From: the human T2T-CHM13v2.0 reference genome, Homo sapiens
Assembly (NCBI RefSeq): GCF_009914755.1
Contig: NC_060926.1
DNA length: 64,000 nt
Reading direction: 5' to 3' (one strand)
Positions 15,650-29,449 of the stretch are shown here, one piece after another. Each line of letters starts with the position of its first letter. Position 1 is the stretch's first letter. The notes under the pieces are model-generated. The model was not told where the DNA came from. It did no database searches and saw nothing but the letters and a program-made list of their open reading frames with translations. The position numbers were made by a program, and so were the translations under genes.

Positions 15650-16963
15650 GGGCAAGTAGAATACCAGCAGGCTTTTCAACAGCAACAACATGCGCTGGAA
15701 AACAGCAGAGATATTTTTACAAAGTACTGGTGAAAAATAGAAAATTGTACTCAAATGAAATTAGCATACAATGGGGCAATAAAATAAAATACCTTAGATG
15801 TTTCAAAGACTAAGAGGGTTACCACACACAGACCATCACTAAGATAATTATTAAATGACATATTTTCAAGAAAAGGCAAAAACAAACTCAGAAGGAATAT
15901 ATGGAGTAGAAGATACATAGAGAATGAAACTAATTAATAGATATAAGATGATAGTAAATTTCACTGACTAATTATTATTTTAAAATAACAAGATGAGCCA
16001 TGTATAAAAATAAGTGAAACAACATGTTAGACAATAATACAAGATTGGGAAAGTTGGGAATCATGTAATAGTTTAAACTTGCTAAAGTCCATTCATATGG
16101 TCTTGAAAGAAAGGTTAAAAATGAATAACTTTAGGAGTTTTCAAAGAAATATTTATAACTAAGGATGTATTTTTAAAAATTGTATTCACTCAGAAAGAAA
16201 CCAAATATATGTAGTTTTAGGTTCCAAATGATTAGAAAAATACAAAAGCACAATGGAAATATAATTAATCCAAAATAGTAGGAAAGAAGAAAAGAAGCAG
16301 CAATAAAAGCAGATGGGAAACAGAAAATATGAAATAGGAAATAGGTATAATTTTATGAATAATTCCAGTAAGTATGTAACTCGCTTACCAGTTGTATACA
16401 ATTAAAATTCAGTTATAATGTCTTTGCAAGAAAATATTCAAAGACAGAAAAAAAACAGAACAGCTAAAATTAATGAAGGGAAATAATATTTCAATCTGTG
16501 AAGGAGACACAGGCATTTTTGTAATAGTATGATGATAAATCTTATGTTTTACAGAATTATTTCTGAAAAATTATAGGCTAATGAGAAAAATAAGATTGAG
16601 TCAGACCACTCAAAGTTAATGTAGCTTCATAATTAATTAAAAGGGTGAAAAGAAGTCCAAATATGTCAATAATCACAAATAATATAAATGGACTAAATTA
16701 GCAAGTTAAAGTGATATTGTAAAGAGTATGTTTGAATATTTGTAAAACTAATCCATTAAATGGCAATTTACATTAATTTAGTAGTTAAGCTCAAAATATA
16801 AGAACATAAAAGGATGAAAAAGATGTGGTATTCATACTAAATTAAATAGATTGTGTGGTCGATCTTAAAAAGATAATCAAGGAAATGCTACACTCCATCT
16901 ATTAGAATGGCTCAAGTTGAAAAGACTAACAATACTAAGGTTTTCTGTGGATGTGGAAAAAGT

Positions 16964-17099
16964 GTCACAACTGGAGTGGTGCTACTGGCATCTAGTGGGC
17001 AGAGGGCAGGTTTACTGCTTAACATCTTACAATAACAGGACAGGCCTCGCAACAATTATCTGATCCAAAGTGTTAATAGTGTTGAGGTTGAGAAATCCT
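16964..17099. mobile_element. MER20 (hAT-Charlie) half element
   Basis: gtgctactggcatctagtgggcagagg...aatagtgttgaggttgagaaatcct matches the MER20 end. Confidence 0.8.
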
Positions 17100-19414
17100 A
17101 AAATAGAATCAATAGACATGCATAAAAATATGTATTTAAAGTGATTCTATCAGTAAGAGCTGATGAATACACCTTTTCAGGTTAAATTTTGGGGGTTTAC
17201 TTATAACATATGCTTATATGTATACTAGTAACATACTAGTCAAAACACTCACTACAGTTCCATGTCAAAATTTTGTTAATAGCAAAGGTAGCAGGCATCT
17301 GTTTTATTGTCAAGAAGTAAAATCAGGATTTCCTATCTTTCACATGAGCGAGGTGTGACAAGCACTTATCTCTCTTGATTGTTTATTGGTAAAACTGGGT
17401 AATGCTAACAATTTGGGATTGAGTCTATCACAGATGTTTAAGGCATGCACAGTTTTACTTTGAACAAAAAGTGACAGTTGTAGCAAGAACTGACCCTATC
17501 ATGTTTGTTCAAAGCGGCTAAAAGTAAGACACTATCACTGAAAATAGCTTCAATTTTGTTTTCAGAGAGGATACAAACATCTCTTGTTACCATAGAGATT
17601 TTTGCCATATTTTACATTTTTGGTAAAAATGGATGGGTCATTTAAAAAATCTTAGAGATATGTAATGTTTAGAAGGGAATAAATTATTATTTTAATTAGA
17701 ATGCTTTCAAAATCAGGGTAATTTTATGATCCACAGATAAATAGCAAAAAGTCAGCTTAATCACATTGGATATTTAAGTGCTCAGTGCCTAATGTATCAT
17801 ACAATCAATGGCTGTGGTATTTGGTATGTGACATTAAGAGAATCATGAAAGTTTCCACAATACAATCAGTTTTATCTGACATATATGTATACATATTTAA
17901 ATATCTGATAATATATATCATTAAAAACATTGTGACCTCTCTCTATAATGGCAGAGTTAAGCATACATAGTACATGTCTTATTGTGTGAGGGATAAAGTT
18001 TTATATTTCTCTTATATACTTTCCTGTAATACAGTAGCAAGAGTAAGTAATTGATAGACACACTATGTACATGTTTATTATTGTTGAAGAAATTCTGTGT
18101 AAGGGTGCTTTCCTATGATTTTATAGACAATGCACCATGTAATGTAGAAAGATCTGTAAAAAAAATAGATTTTTCTAGCTATTCTCTATCATAACATACC
18201 ATTCACACTTTATATTAACATACAAATTGCACAAGGTATTGAAAAGTATTCTGCTCTACCTTATTGTAGAAATCATCATTGCAGCTGGATAACATTTTCC
18301 TAGTCATAGATTTTGTTGGAATTTTGTGAAAAGGTTCAGAATTTGTGGTCTCAGTTTGCTGACTTAATAGGTTGCAATATTGCTGTGCAGATTAACTGTG
18401 GAAATCTATGAAATAATGTTAAAACAAAAATCTATGTAACATTGACATTTAGGTTTTATCAACAAACAATATATTACAAAATTCCCTGATTTCCGTAGCC
18501 TATGCTATTATCTTCTTTTTCTGAATATCTAGGATATTTTACCTACAGCTTAACTTTATATGCTACATTTAGCTCTTTACTATCAGGTAAGAAAATATCT
18601 AAAGAAATAAATAGTTGCAAAGAATCCTGATACCAAAATGCCACTCATATATGGAAATTATCTAAATATAGTTTTGAAATTGTGTGTGTTGGGGGTGTCA
18701 TGATCCTGCCTATCAGTTTGAGTGGTGCAAGATACCCAGGAAGCTACGTTAGGAAGAATCAGAACATGGTTTCCAGATTTTGTAGTCTTTGTGTAGTCCA
18801 TAATATTGCCGTACTTGAAAATTCATGAAATATAACTGATTAAGACTGTTATAGCATAAGGTAGGTTGTCCAAGGCAAATATGATGGTTTGTTATCTTAG
18901 CCATAAAAATTACCTACAAAGTGAATTGCCCATCTGCACAGGCTTGGAATACAAACAATTCGAATGTCACATTTGAACTGATGTTACCATTTTATGTGTT
19001 TTCTAACAAACCATTCACAAAATCAATTTTTGCAGTTGATCTCATTTACTAGGTTTCCTGAACATTTTTCTTAGAAAATGAGCTTTATACTTTTTTCTTT
19101 ATGGCACTGTGCACAGGGGAGTAAGCTTGCCCTTAAACAAACGAAGGAACTAATTGTCACATTATCAGCTGTATTTGGGACATAGGTCAAAAGGTCAATT
19201 GAATGCTATGTAGAGCACACTGGGCAGTCTTCCAAGTTCCTGGTACTGCTCCCTCCACATTGAAATAAAAATTTCTGAGGAAGAAAAATGGGCCACTATA
19301 TGCTCTAATTTAAGATTTCCAAGAAATCTATTATGGTTCACTATTTCTAGAATCATCAACAAGGCAAATGTTATATTGAGATGAAAACTTAATTTTCTTT
19401 ATGTATTTTTTGCC

Positions 19415-19665
19415 TATTCATCATGAGGTATGTCCAGAATAGGCAAATACAGAGAGCTAACATGTTGATTATTGTTGCTTATGAATAAAGTGATGGAGCA
19501 TTGGGAGATGGATAGTGGATATATTAAACAGACTTTCTCAAGGTGATGAAAATATTCTACAATTCATTGTGGTGATTGTTGCACAAATCTGTGACTATAT
19601 TAAAAGCTGTTAAATTTCCCACATTAAATAAGTAAATTGTATGTTAAATGAATTATTTTAAGTAT
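19415..19665 (+). mobile_element. Old L1M (MB/ME type) 3' end
   Basis: tgtccagaataggcaaatacagagag...ggtgatgaaaatattctac...gtaaattgtatgttaaatgaattat. Confidence 0.75.
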
Positions 19666-19729
19666 TAAATAGAGAACAACCACTTCTTTCCATGCATTAT
19701 TTCATCTAGTAAAAATTCTGATTAATATA

Positions 19730-19920
19730 TGTTGCATGCTTAATACATCCCAGTCAGTGTTCTAAATGCAATACATATGTTTAAAGTTTTTTTTATGAAT
19801 TATCTCATTTGATCCTTACAACAAACCTATAATATTGGTACTATTATTATTCCAATTTTATTGATGAGGAAATGGAGACACAAAGAAATGAAATGTTTTG
19901 CCAAGGATACACAACTGAAT
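19730..19920 (-). mobile_element. MIR
   Basis: atctcatttgatccttacaacaaacctat...attttattgatgaggaaatggagacaca...gccaaggatacacaact. Confidence 0.8.
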
Positions 19921-20813
19921 TAGATGGCTTCTCTTAAGTAAAAAACAGCAAACTCAATAAAGTGGGACATACTATAATGATAGTTGTCCTTAGAAACACA
20001 GCTCCATTTTTAGCAATCTCCTAAAGCATTCAGCAAGAACTTCTGTGTGCTTCTTTCCCCAAGATACAAAACTTCATTTAAACCCTTCAGGGAAAATTGT
20101 GTCAAATTATAAAATTGGCACATAAAAAACTGTACCTGTAAAGCAACTCTAAAATAGCTCCTAAATGTATTGCTGTAAATAAAAAATTCTATGTATTTGT
20201 TTGTAAATACACTTTAAAACTTAGATTTGGTTTATCAAAGGAACAATTGTTTGGACTAGGCTTTTAGCAGACTTAAATACATAAGCAAAGTGTTTGTACG
20301 TGGTATGTGGTTATATGTACAAGAATATGAAAACAATACATTATGTGCAATTTCCAGAGTAAGAAGTAGAAATAAAAGGTGATAAAATTAGGTACCAACA
20401 GACAATATAGATTTATTAAAGGATTCAAGAGGTAAAGTCAGACATTCATAAGGAGGAAATGAAGCCCAACTGAACTCTGACCTGGAAAGTCATCAATCAG
20501 GGCTTATTTCTTAAGCTTTGAGAGTTTCTATGGTCAATCACACTTCTAGATCGCTATATTTCTCTCCCCCATTTTTATCCTTTGTTTATCTGCTTCTTGG
20601 AATTACTTGAATTCTGTATGTCCACATATGGCAGCTTCAGCTCCAATTTTACTATATCTTAAACTCTAAACCCAGGCTAAATACAGATTGTGTCTTTTAA
20701 TTCTGAATCTTGAAAAAAGGAATGCGATGTGCATGACTAAGCCAATGAATTGTCTAATTTGGGGTCACGTGTATGTATCTCAGCCATTGCCAATGGTGCA
20801 GAATCCTCTAGTA

Positions 20814-23488
20814 CAGCGATCTCCAACATTTATGGCACCAGGAACTGGTTTTGTGGGAAGCAATTTTTCTGTAAATGGGTGCGGGGTGGGGACGGTGGTT
20901 GAGAGGTTGGTTTCAGGATGATTCAAGCACCTTACATTTATTTGTGCACTTTATTTCTATTACTGTTATATTGTAATATATAATGAAGTAATTATACAAC
21001 TCACCATAATGTAGAATCAATGGGGTCCCTGAGCTTCTTTTCTTGCAAGTAGACAGTCCCATCTGGGGGTGATGGGAGACAGTGACACCCTAAGTTTTCA
21101 ACACCTGAAGTGTCTACTCCATAATCTAATTTTGGTAGCTGTCACTGCAGAAAACCCTGCTTCACAAAGATAGGATGTTGAAAATGGAAGCCGGCTTTTC
21201 AATGCTTTTGTGGCAATCTCAGAATATTTCACCTTGACTTTCAAACAGAATGCATGGCGATTTGAAGTTGTTTCAAACATAATTTTAGGGCCACAGTCAT
21301 TTGTGATCTCAAACAGTTGATCCTCTTTCTAGCTTGGACAAAGTTGATTCACCTGGCTTATTCACAAATGGGTTGTAGATTCATCTCTTCTCAGTTCAGG
21401 GGTCTTTTGTGGTTGGAAAGTAATGCTTAAACTCTTTTGAAAGCTGATATAGGTGATCGTGATCATGCACCAGCTGAGAGAAAGAAGACCCTGTCTCAGC
21501 CTTTCTCAAAATCTCTGGTAATGTTTGAAACATGTCAGAAATCCCAATGTTCGTCCCCATAATTCTAGTTTGGCTTTGAATGCAGCCACTTTATCTACTC
21601 ACTTGAACACAGTTGTCATTCTCCCCTAAAGTGATAGATTGAGTTCATTGAGCAGGTTGAATATGTCACACAAGTAAGCAAGTTTTGCCACCCATTCTGT
21701 GTCAGTGAAATGTGCTGCCAGTGGTGACTCTTTTTCTAAAACAAATCTCTGGAGTGGCTCTTGTAACTCAAAAACTCTGGCCAGCGATCTACTTTAGAAA
21801 GCTATCTCACTTCTGTATAAGAGAAGGCATGTGTGCTTTGAGTGAGTTAAAGACATGTACTTTAACTTTAATTATTGTGGTCAATAATTTTAACCACATC
21901 ATGCAAAACATTGCTAAGTTCAGGTAACATTTTTCAGCTAGCCAGCATTTCTCGATGGATGACACAGTCCATAGACTCACAATCAGTAGTGGCCACTTTG
22001 ACTTGAGTAGTGAAATCAGAAAGCAGTTCAGTCATGGCAGCCACTCTGTGCATAAACTGACACAAAATCACCAATTCAGTTTTTCTATTGTGTAATCATT
22101 CAAAGATTTGAATAGTTCTGCAGCTGTGGTGTTGGTTGGCAAAGTGCACACAACATATGATCAGGCACATCCTCCTGAAAAAATATATCACACAAAAACA
22201 TTGTTGTTTTGTTGTCAGCATTGGTAGATTCACCAACATGGATTGAATATCACAGTGACTCATTAATCCTTTTTAACAATTGTGCCTCAATATCCTCTGC
22301 TATTTCAACAACTTGTCTATTTATGGTGTTGGCTGAAAGAGAAACACGTGCCACCTTTTGAATGCAGCCTCTCCTAAAAGTTCATGATGAATGTCCTTAG
22401 CAGCAGGCAGGACCAACTCTTCACCAATAACAAAGGGTTTATTAGCTTTAGCAATGCAGTTAGCCACTAAGAATTATGCTGTCAGTGCAGACACATTTGA
22501 TGAAGTGGTGGCCTTCAATAATTACTTCTGTTCTTTGTGTTCACATTTTTTACTCTTTTGAAAAACTCCAAAGACATGTCTTTTAATGAAGTGAGCTTGG
22601 TTTCCATGTGGTGAAGGAGTTTTGATGGTTTCATGGCTTCGTTGGATAGTGGGTCACCACATATCATACAAAGTGTGCTTGAAGAATGTGAATCACCTGT
22701 TGCAATGAACCTGGAATTTCAGTGGGACTCCTGGTTTTTTCTTTTAAATGCAGCTTTCTTTATGGTTGACATTCTTAGTGTCTTAGAGTCTTCCGCTGTC
22801 TCATCACTGGGTCTTTCCCCCTTTTGAAAGATGCTCTCCAGTGATGTTTGTATTTTATTCATTTTGGCTAGGGTTAGCTTGTGGGCCTACCAAAACTGTG
22901 ACTAAGACAAATGCACAGTGCGGGAAAGAGGTGTGGATAGAAATGGTAAATAATATAATGATGGGCGGCCCATGCACAAACCAAAATAAGTGTCAGATTC
23001 TGACTTAAAGCCTGCCACCAGATGCAGCTGTACAATTGGAGTACATCAACTCACTTGCCACTATAAAGCCTGCCACCAGATGCAGCTTAATTGCCACTTG
23101 CCACTTACTGATAGGGTTTTGATATGAATCTTCAAGCAATTGATTATGGTCTCTGTGCAGTCAAACCTCTCTGCTGATGTTAATCTGTATTTGCAGCCAT
23201 TCCACAGCACTAGTATCACTGCCTCAGCTCCAGCTCAGATCATCAGGCATTAGATTCTTATAAGGAATGAGCAACCTAGATCCCTCAAATGCACAGTTCA
23301 CAATAGATTTCACACTCCTGTGAGAATTTAATGCCACTGGTGATCTGACAGGAGGTGGAGTGCAGGAGGTAATGCAAGCAATGGGGAGCGGCTGTAAATA
23401 GAGATGAAATTTCACTTGCTCACCCACCACTCACCTCCTGCTGTGCGGCCCAGTGCCTAACAGGCCACAGATCAGTGGTACCTGTCTG
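20814..23488 (-). mobile_element. Charlie3 (MER1-family hAT DNA transposon), near full length (~2.7 kb)
   Basis: Left end cagcgatctccaacatttatggcaccagg and right subterminal region are MER1A-like, with an internal transposase relic. Left flank ctctagta fits the Charlie NTCTAGAN target; the right flank begins ttgtag. The right TIR is degenerate. Confidence 0.88.
21017..22862 (-). pseudogene. Fossil hAT (Charlie/Buster-like) transposase
   Basis: ATG at 22862 (MNKIQTSLES...). BED-finger-like C.ICGD.LSNEAMKPS near 22620-22680. Dimerization motif LPFSTSYLCEAGFSAVTATK (ORF 21098-21280). Ends ...AQGPH* at 21017, with many stops and frameshifts. Confidence 0.85.
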
Positions 23489-23692
23489 TTGTAGTAGATA
23501 AATATGGTCCTCCAAAGTCTACAGACAGGGCAGGTTTCTAGAAGGAGACTGAAGATGAGTGTTCATATGCAATGTTTTAGAAATACATAGTTATTATTAT
23601 TAGTTCTTATTATTTTGATCTAAAGGAACAGCTGGTAAGAGTTAAAAAGCTGTATTTCCAGAAATGCCTTATCTTTTTGTTCTTTGTTACAA

Positions 23693-24053
23693 TGTCATAG
23701 TTCATTCAGGCTGCTATCACAAAATACCATAAACCAGGTGACTTATAAACAACAGAACTTTATTTCTCACAGTTTTGGAGGCTAGGAGGTCCAAGATCAA
23801 GCTGCCAGCAAATTCAATGTCTGGTAAGGTCACACTCTCTGGTTTATGAGCTGTGTCCTCACATGGTAGAAGGAGTAAATAAATTTTCTGGGGTCTTTTT
23901 TATAAGGGCACTAATTCCATTCATGAAGGTTCCATTTTCATGATCTGATTACCTCCCAAAGGCCTACCTCCTAATACTATTTATCACCTTGAAGATTAGA
24001 ATTTCAATATATGAAATTTTTGGTGGGGGCAGACAGACATTCAGACAATAACA
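23693..24053 (-). mobile_element. MLT1A-type solo LTR
   Basis: tgtcatagttcattcaggctgctatcacaaaataccata...tttatttctcacagttttggaggct...acattcagacaataaca. Confidence 0.85.
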
Positions 24054-24952
24054 TTAGATTATACCTAAAGAAAGAAGATGAACATTTTCTGATATGAACT
24101 ATTGCCAAATATCTACCCTGATATAAAGTGTGATTTCAGACTTAGAATTTACATATGGAAAAATGAAATTCCCCAAAATAAAAAATAAAAATAAGTAGAA
24201 AGGAGGAAAAATTACTAGCATCATTGCTGGCATTTTTTTTTTTTGCATATTAGAACAAATTGTCACAATGTGCTAATTACAGGGAAATGACAGCAAAATA
24301 ATGATGTGTTCATCAATACTGGGACCCTGCCATGATTTCCTGTGATGTACACCTGTTTTTCTTCAATGTGGAGTTAGTCATAGCTCAAGATTTTGAGGTC
24401 TTCAAAAAACTTACAAAACAGCACATACAGAACCAGATTATAATAGCAGTAACAAAATATTATATTTTTTGATTTATCAGATAAAGAGTTGGCCCACTCT
24501 CATCCTCCAAGCACACAGCTTTGTATTCAAACTAATTTAATTTGCTTTTGTATTTGATGAAGACTATCATATTGGTGAAAATTCAAGTCAGAGAATGTTA
24601 TTTACTACATTAAGAAGTGTGACATTAGCTATAGCTTTTTGGGTAAGAATTTATATTCTACAAATGAAATATTTAACATCTGTCAGAGTTATACTCCACT
24701 TAGGTCTTAAGTGTTGATAAGATTGGAAGGCGCTGACTTCTTTGTAAAGAGAAGCTGAAATAGAGTGACCAATTGTCTTACAACCTGCATTCTAGAATAA
24801 GAAATCATGAAGAGAAAGAGTAAGAGCTTCTAAATAAATATTTAAAAAGACCAATTATTCTCTTAAATTTGTGTCCTTTCTGGATTACTAGAATTACAAA
24901 CTCCTAACACCTGTTTTCCAGGCATGCACAGCAGTTAGAAAAGTGCATAACT

Positions 24953-25267
<315 letters not shown>

Positions 25268-25380
25268 AGAAAAGTGCATAACTATCAATTTTTGGTTTCT
25301 GTATTGCAATCCAAAAGGATGTTTATCTGCTAATCAAACCCTTATGTGATTTTTTTAAATAATTGATTGTTTATTCTTAC

Positions 25381-25676
25381 CCCAGTGTAGAAAAGTCCCA
25401 GTGTAGAAAAGTTTTAGAATTTTTTGATAATTATTGTTTATAAAATGACTACAATACAGCTTAGTTCTTGTGTATAATCTAAGATGACTCAACTCATTTA
25501 TTTATTTTAAAATAGTTGAATTTTTATTATTCATTTATTTAAAAATAGTTGAATTTAATAATAGTCTTTTACTTGTAGGCCGGATGATTCTTATAAGCCA
25601 CCTAATTTGTTTAATCTTCACTTTTAAATTGTAATGCCACCTAATTTGTTTAATCTTCTTCACTTTTAAATTGGTA
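25381..25676. repeat. Three adjacent two-copy tandem duplications (periods 16, ~37 and 39 bp)
   Basis: cccagtgtagaaaagt x2 (25381-25412); tcattta...aaaatagttgaattt x2 (25494-25556); gccacctaatttgtttaatcttc...acttttaaattg x2 (25597-25676). Confidence 0.92.
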
Positions 25677-26189
25677 GCTTTGGCAGTTATTAGACTGATA
25701 AAAATACAGAGTTGCTTTAGATACCAATAATGAGTTCATTAGATGGGCAGAGGGACTATGAACAAAGTTTGAAGAATTGTATTTTTAAAATTTGAAATGG
25801 TATCTAGCACTAAGAAAATTTGTAAAAAGTTAGTTGGGATCCTAACAAAATCTATTAGTGTCTGGAAGAATATTACTCACTTTTTTTCTAGGAAACAAGA
25901 AAGAAAAACAGAGTTTATTAACTGAGGGAATAGAGAGCAAAAATTACAATCAGTGGGCATTTCCTATTTCTCTTGTCCCCATTTACTTGAGGCACTAATT
26001 TAATTTAGACAACTGGAGAAGACATGTTTTATATGGTTTTCCTCTTCAGAGTCCTAAACTTTAATCACTTGCATATAGTTAGAAAGTAAGATAATGTGTT
26101 TCTGTCAAAGGATGTCTCAAGCTTCTTTCTTCGGGAGTAGAATGAGCTAGGAGTTCACAGAGTCAACTGGAAGACTTCAGACATCAACA

Positions 26190-26370
26190 AGGAATAGACC
26201 TGAGTTCACATCCTATTCTTGCCACCTGATATCTGCGTGTTGTTGGGAAGTTACTTGTGTATGTACATGAATCGCTGTATCTAATTCTAGAAAAATGAAA
26301 TAAGTACACTTTACATTATTATGATGATTATGTGATAACATGCAAACTGACTCAACATAAATATTACTTG
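26190..26370 (+). mobile_element. MIR
   Basis: agacctgagttcacatcctattcttgccac...ttgggaagttactt. Confidence 0.7.
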
Positions 26371-26984
26371 CTTACCCTTTTCATATCTGCAGAAGGAATA
26401 GGGACAGAGACCATTTCACATTGCAGTATCTTTGGGACTAAGAGATCAATTGTACTTTTCTTTCTACGCTTAAGAGTTTCAGCCTGGCATCTTGTCCATA
26501 GCACATGCTCCATATCTGTGGATTACATTAAATTAAATCTACTTCTGATATCGAGTACACAATTGCTAAATTGTACAATGTGTAACTGATAAGTATATTT
26601 TCCTGGGATGAAAGGGCTAAGAAGATACAAAAATAAAGGCAAGAAGCATTCTCACATCATAAAACTATAATTTGGGTTGATAATATTTAAAACAAGTTAA
26701 TTGATCAAAGTCGGTGTCATTCTAGATGTTTTGTGTTTCTATAATAAGGATATTTCATCCATAACTCTTTGTGATCTTAGGAAGTTACTTGTGCTCTTTC
26801 ACTTTCTGATTCACATAAGAAAAGATTTGATCTAGATGATGTCTAAATTACCTTTGATTAAAAAGTTTTAAAATTTTGTAAACTATAAAAAACTCAAAAG
26901 TATTTTGTATTATAGCCAGCCCTCTTATGCTGTCTTATTCTTGTCTACTCTTATGTATCTCTGTATTTCTGCATGAATTTAGTT

Positions 26985-27095
26985 ATATATATATATATAT
27001 ATATAATATATGCATACACACATATTCACATATAGAAAGTACACATACATACATATATTCGTGTGTGTGTATATATAAATATATATATCATATGC
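26985..27095. repeat. TA/CA-rich low-complexity tract
   Basis: Direct observation. Confidence 0.85.
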
Positions 27096-27099
27096 ACAT

Positions 27100-27930
27100 T
27101 GCACACAATTTTAAGGTTTAAAATGACAATACTATTAATAGGTTTTCTGACTTTTTTCTCTCAGTTTTATGTCTTAATGTTTGATAATATTGTTGCCTGT
27201 GGTTGTATGTGATCACTTTTACTGTTATGCAGTAATTTATATATATATAGATGTATACATATATACACTTCAATTTATATATGAACTTTCCTAAAGTTTA
27301 ATTACACATACAAGCCTATACATATTTTTATATATAATTTAGATCAAAGTATATATATAATTGATATTGTAATTTTTTACCACTTATGTTTTAAGAAATT
27401 TTTAAATTTTAATTTAAAACCCTTTGTGACAATATTTTTAATGACTTTATTTCTTTTATTTATGTATCATATTTCCTTAAGCCATTTTCTAATGATAGAA
27501 TTTGATTTTCCTCCAATTTTTCTCTAATAAGTGTAACATAAATATCTTCACAAAATTTTTCTTTAATGCTTTATTTCTCATTATTTTATAATAATATATT
27601 TCCAGAAATAGAATTAGTTATTCAAAGAGAATCAGTGTTTCAAGGCATTTTATTAGTAATTGAAAATTGCTTTTATAAGTAATTGAACTAAATTTTTCTT
27701 CTACCAATTCTATATGCAAATAGGTTTTTGTCTGTGCCCTACAATCATTGGGTATTTTCAAAAACAAATAAAAGGCAAACAAACTTTGCCAATTTGTTAG
27801 GCAAAATTTTGTAATTTATCTTTATTTTCATTTGCATTAGTAAAATGAATGATAGTTCACTATTTGTTTTTCCTCCTTTCGAAAATATCTGTTTATATAA
27901 TTTGCCTATTTAATCCTACTGCATTCTTCT
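27100..27930 (-). mobile_element. Ancient L1ME-type relic
   Basis: T-rich with L1 3'-end motifs (tccagaaatagaattagttattcaaag; ttgccaatttgttaggcaaaa...ttttcatttgcatt). Confidence 0.55.
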
Positions 27931-28599
27931 TTTTTAAAGAAGAGGCAGGACTACTAATTCTTCAGTGACTCATTTGATCATGCAGATGGTGCCAAACATA
28001 AAATGGTTTGTTTTCTTGAACTGAATTGATTACTTTCCTGTGAAAGAACCCAGGGAAATGAATTCTAAGTGATGTGACTTGTCCGATTCCCAGAAGCATA
28101 ATGATTTCAGTAGGAAGAGTTATTTTTGCTGATGGAGTTTTTCAGAAGAAAATATTTATATAACTCTGAAAAGTCAGTTTTCACATGCAAATTTACTCTT
28201 CTGCATTATAGAAAGAGTCCAGTTGCGGAACTGCCTCATATTTTTTCATCACTGACATTTCAATATCCTTTTATTTCCTTCTAATCTCTTTTTCTCTTTT
28301 ACTCAGCTCACGCAAACCAACAAACATTGGACCCAGACCAAGTTTCCAAAGATATTTACTTACCCCTTTTTTCTCTCTTAGAAATGAATAAGAATTGCTT
28401 TCAAAAAGCTCAAGTATATGAGTTAGATCTTAGCATTACGTTTATGACACTCACTTTTCTTTTCCAATGACTTCTCTCATATTTCTACTTATTTTAAACT
28501 ACTCTGTTTCTACTTACTCAGTATAATGATTTCTATTTAATCATACTTAGTATTGCTATAGATACTCAACAACAAATCAAGATTTTAAGCATGTTTAAA

Positions 28600-28760
28600 C
28601 AGAGTTTAGTGTTTTATTGATGTTTAGTTCAAGGACATTAGAGTCAACTGTCTTGGTTTAAAATAGCATCTCTGCCACCTTTTAGCTATGTAATATCTTA
28701 GTTCCACCACACTGGAAACTTCTCTGAGATTCACCATTTTAAAGATTAAATGACATACGG
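28600..28760 (+). mobile_element. MIR, decayed
   Basis: tagagtcaactgtcttggtttaaaatagcatctctgccaccttttagctatgtaat. Confidence 0.6.
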
Positions 28761-29282
28761 TAATTAGAAAGACAGTTTATCATTACACATATCAAAGAGG
28801 AAGCAATCACTAACTGGTCACTGTCATGTCATCTAAGCACTTTTAGTATCTTTTCTTTGCCATATTTTGGGGGAAGTGACCAAATAAACACTTTCTGGAA
28901 AATACAAAATACAACCAAAGAACAAATAACTTGTTTAATAAAATGTGTGCAAATTCCAGTTGCTAGATTAGTGGAATGACTACTTTCTCAATATTTATTT
29001 TTCTGTATTCATTAGGATAAATTCTAAAGGAATGGTTTCCAAACCGTGTATCACAGATTCTGGAGACTCTGCAGACCTAACTTAGAGGCTAATAGAAGCA
29101 AAGACCCAGTGGGTGGCATTCTATCTCTCCTCTGGCAGAGCAGGTCCACTTTCCACTTTTTTCTTTTTATGTTGAGAATATTCTGTCTTTTGAAGGCGGC
29201 TGCTATTTTGCTTGCGGAGGACAAACACTTCTGAGATTGGTATCTCAACCCTTTGACTCTATCAGAAATTTTCAAAGATGGA

Positions 29283-29449
29283 CAGAATGAGCCACACAAT
29301 CTGTAGGTCACATGCAAAATTAAAATGCAGGTCTCTTCAAAAATTATTAGGAATTTGAAGACAGCAGAACATTAAACCAAATCAGGGGCTCTTCTGAGTG
29401 TAGGGCCCTCTGTGACTGCACAGGTTGCAGGCTCATGAAGCCAGCCCTA
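29283..29449 (-). mobile_element. MER45A (hAT-Tip100 MITE)
   Basis: Minus strand agggctggcttcatgagcctgcaacctgtgcagtcacagagggccc...tggtttaatgttctgctgtc; 8-bp TSD aagatgga / aagatggg. Confidence 0.85.

Larger units (their letters stand above)
14830..16960 (+). mobile_element. Ancient L1M relic (ORF1 region and ORF2 start)
   Basis: ORF1-like aaaaattttcagaattgaagaaagacctgtatctgcaaactgag near 15200. ORF2-start-like caataatcacaaataatataaatggactaaat near 16670. Confidence 0.6.

Noticed and set aside
25381-25676. Spaced direct repeats as a CRISPR-like array
   Set aside because: The units are unrelated, each has only two copies, there are no spacers or cas genes, and the DNA is human.
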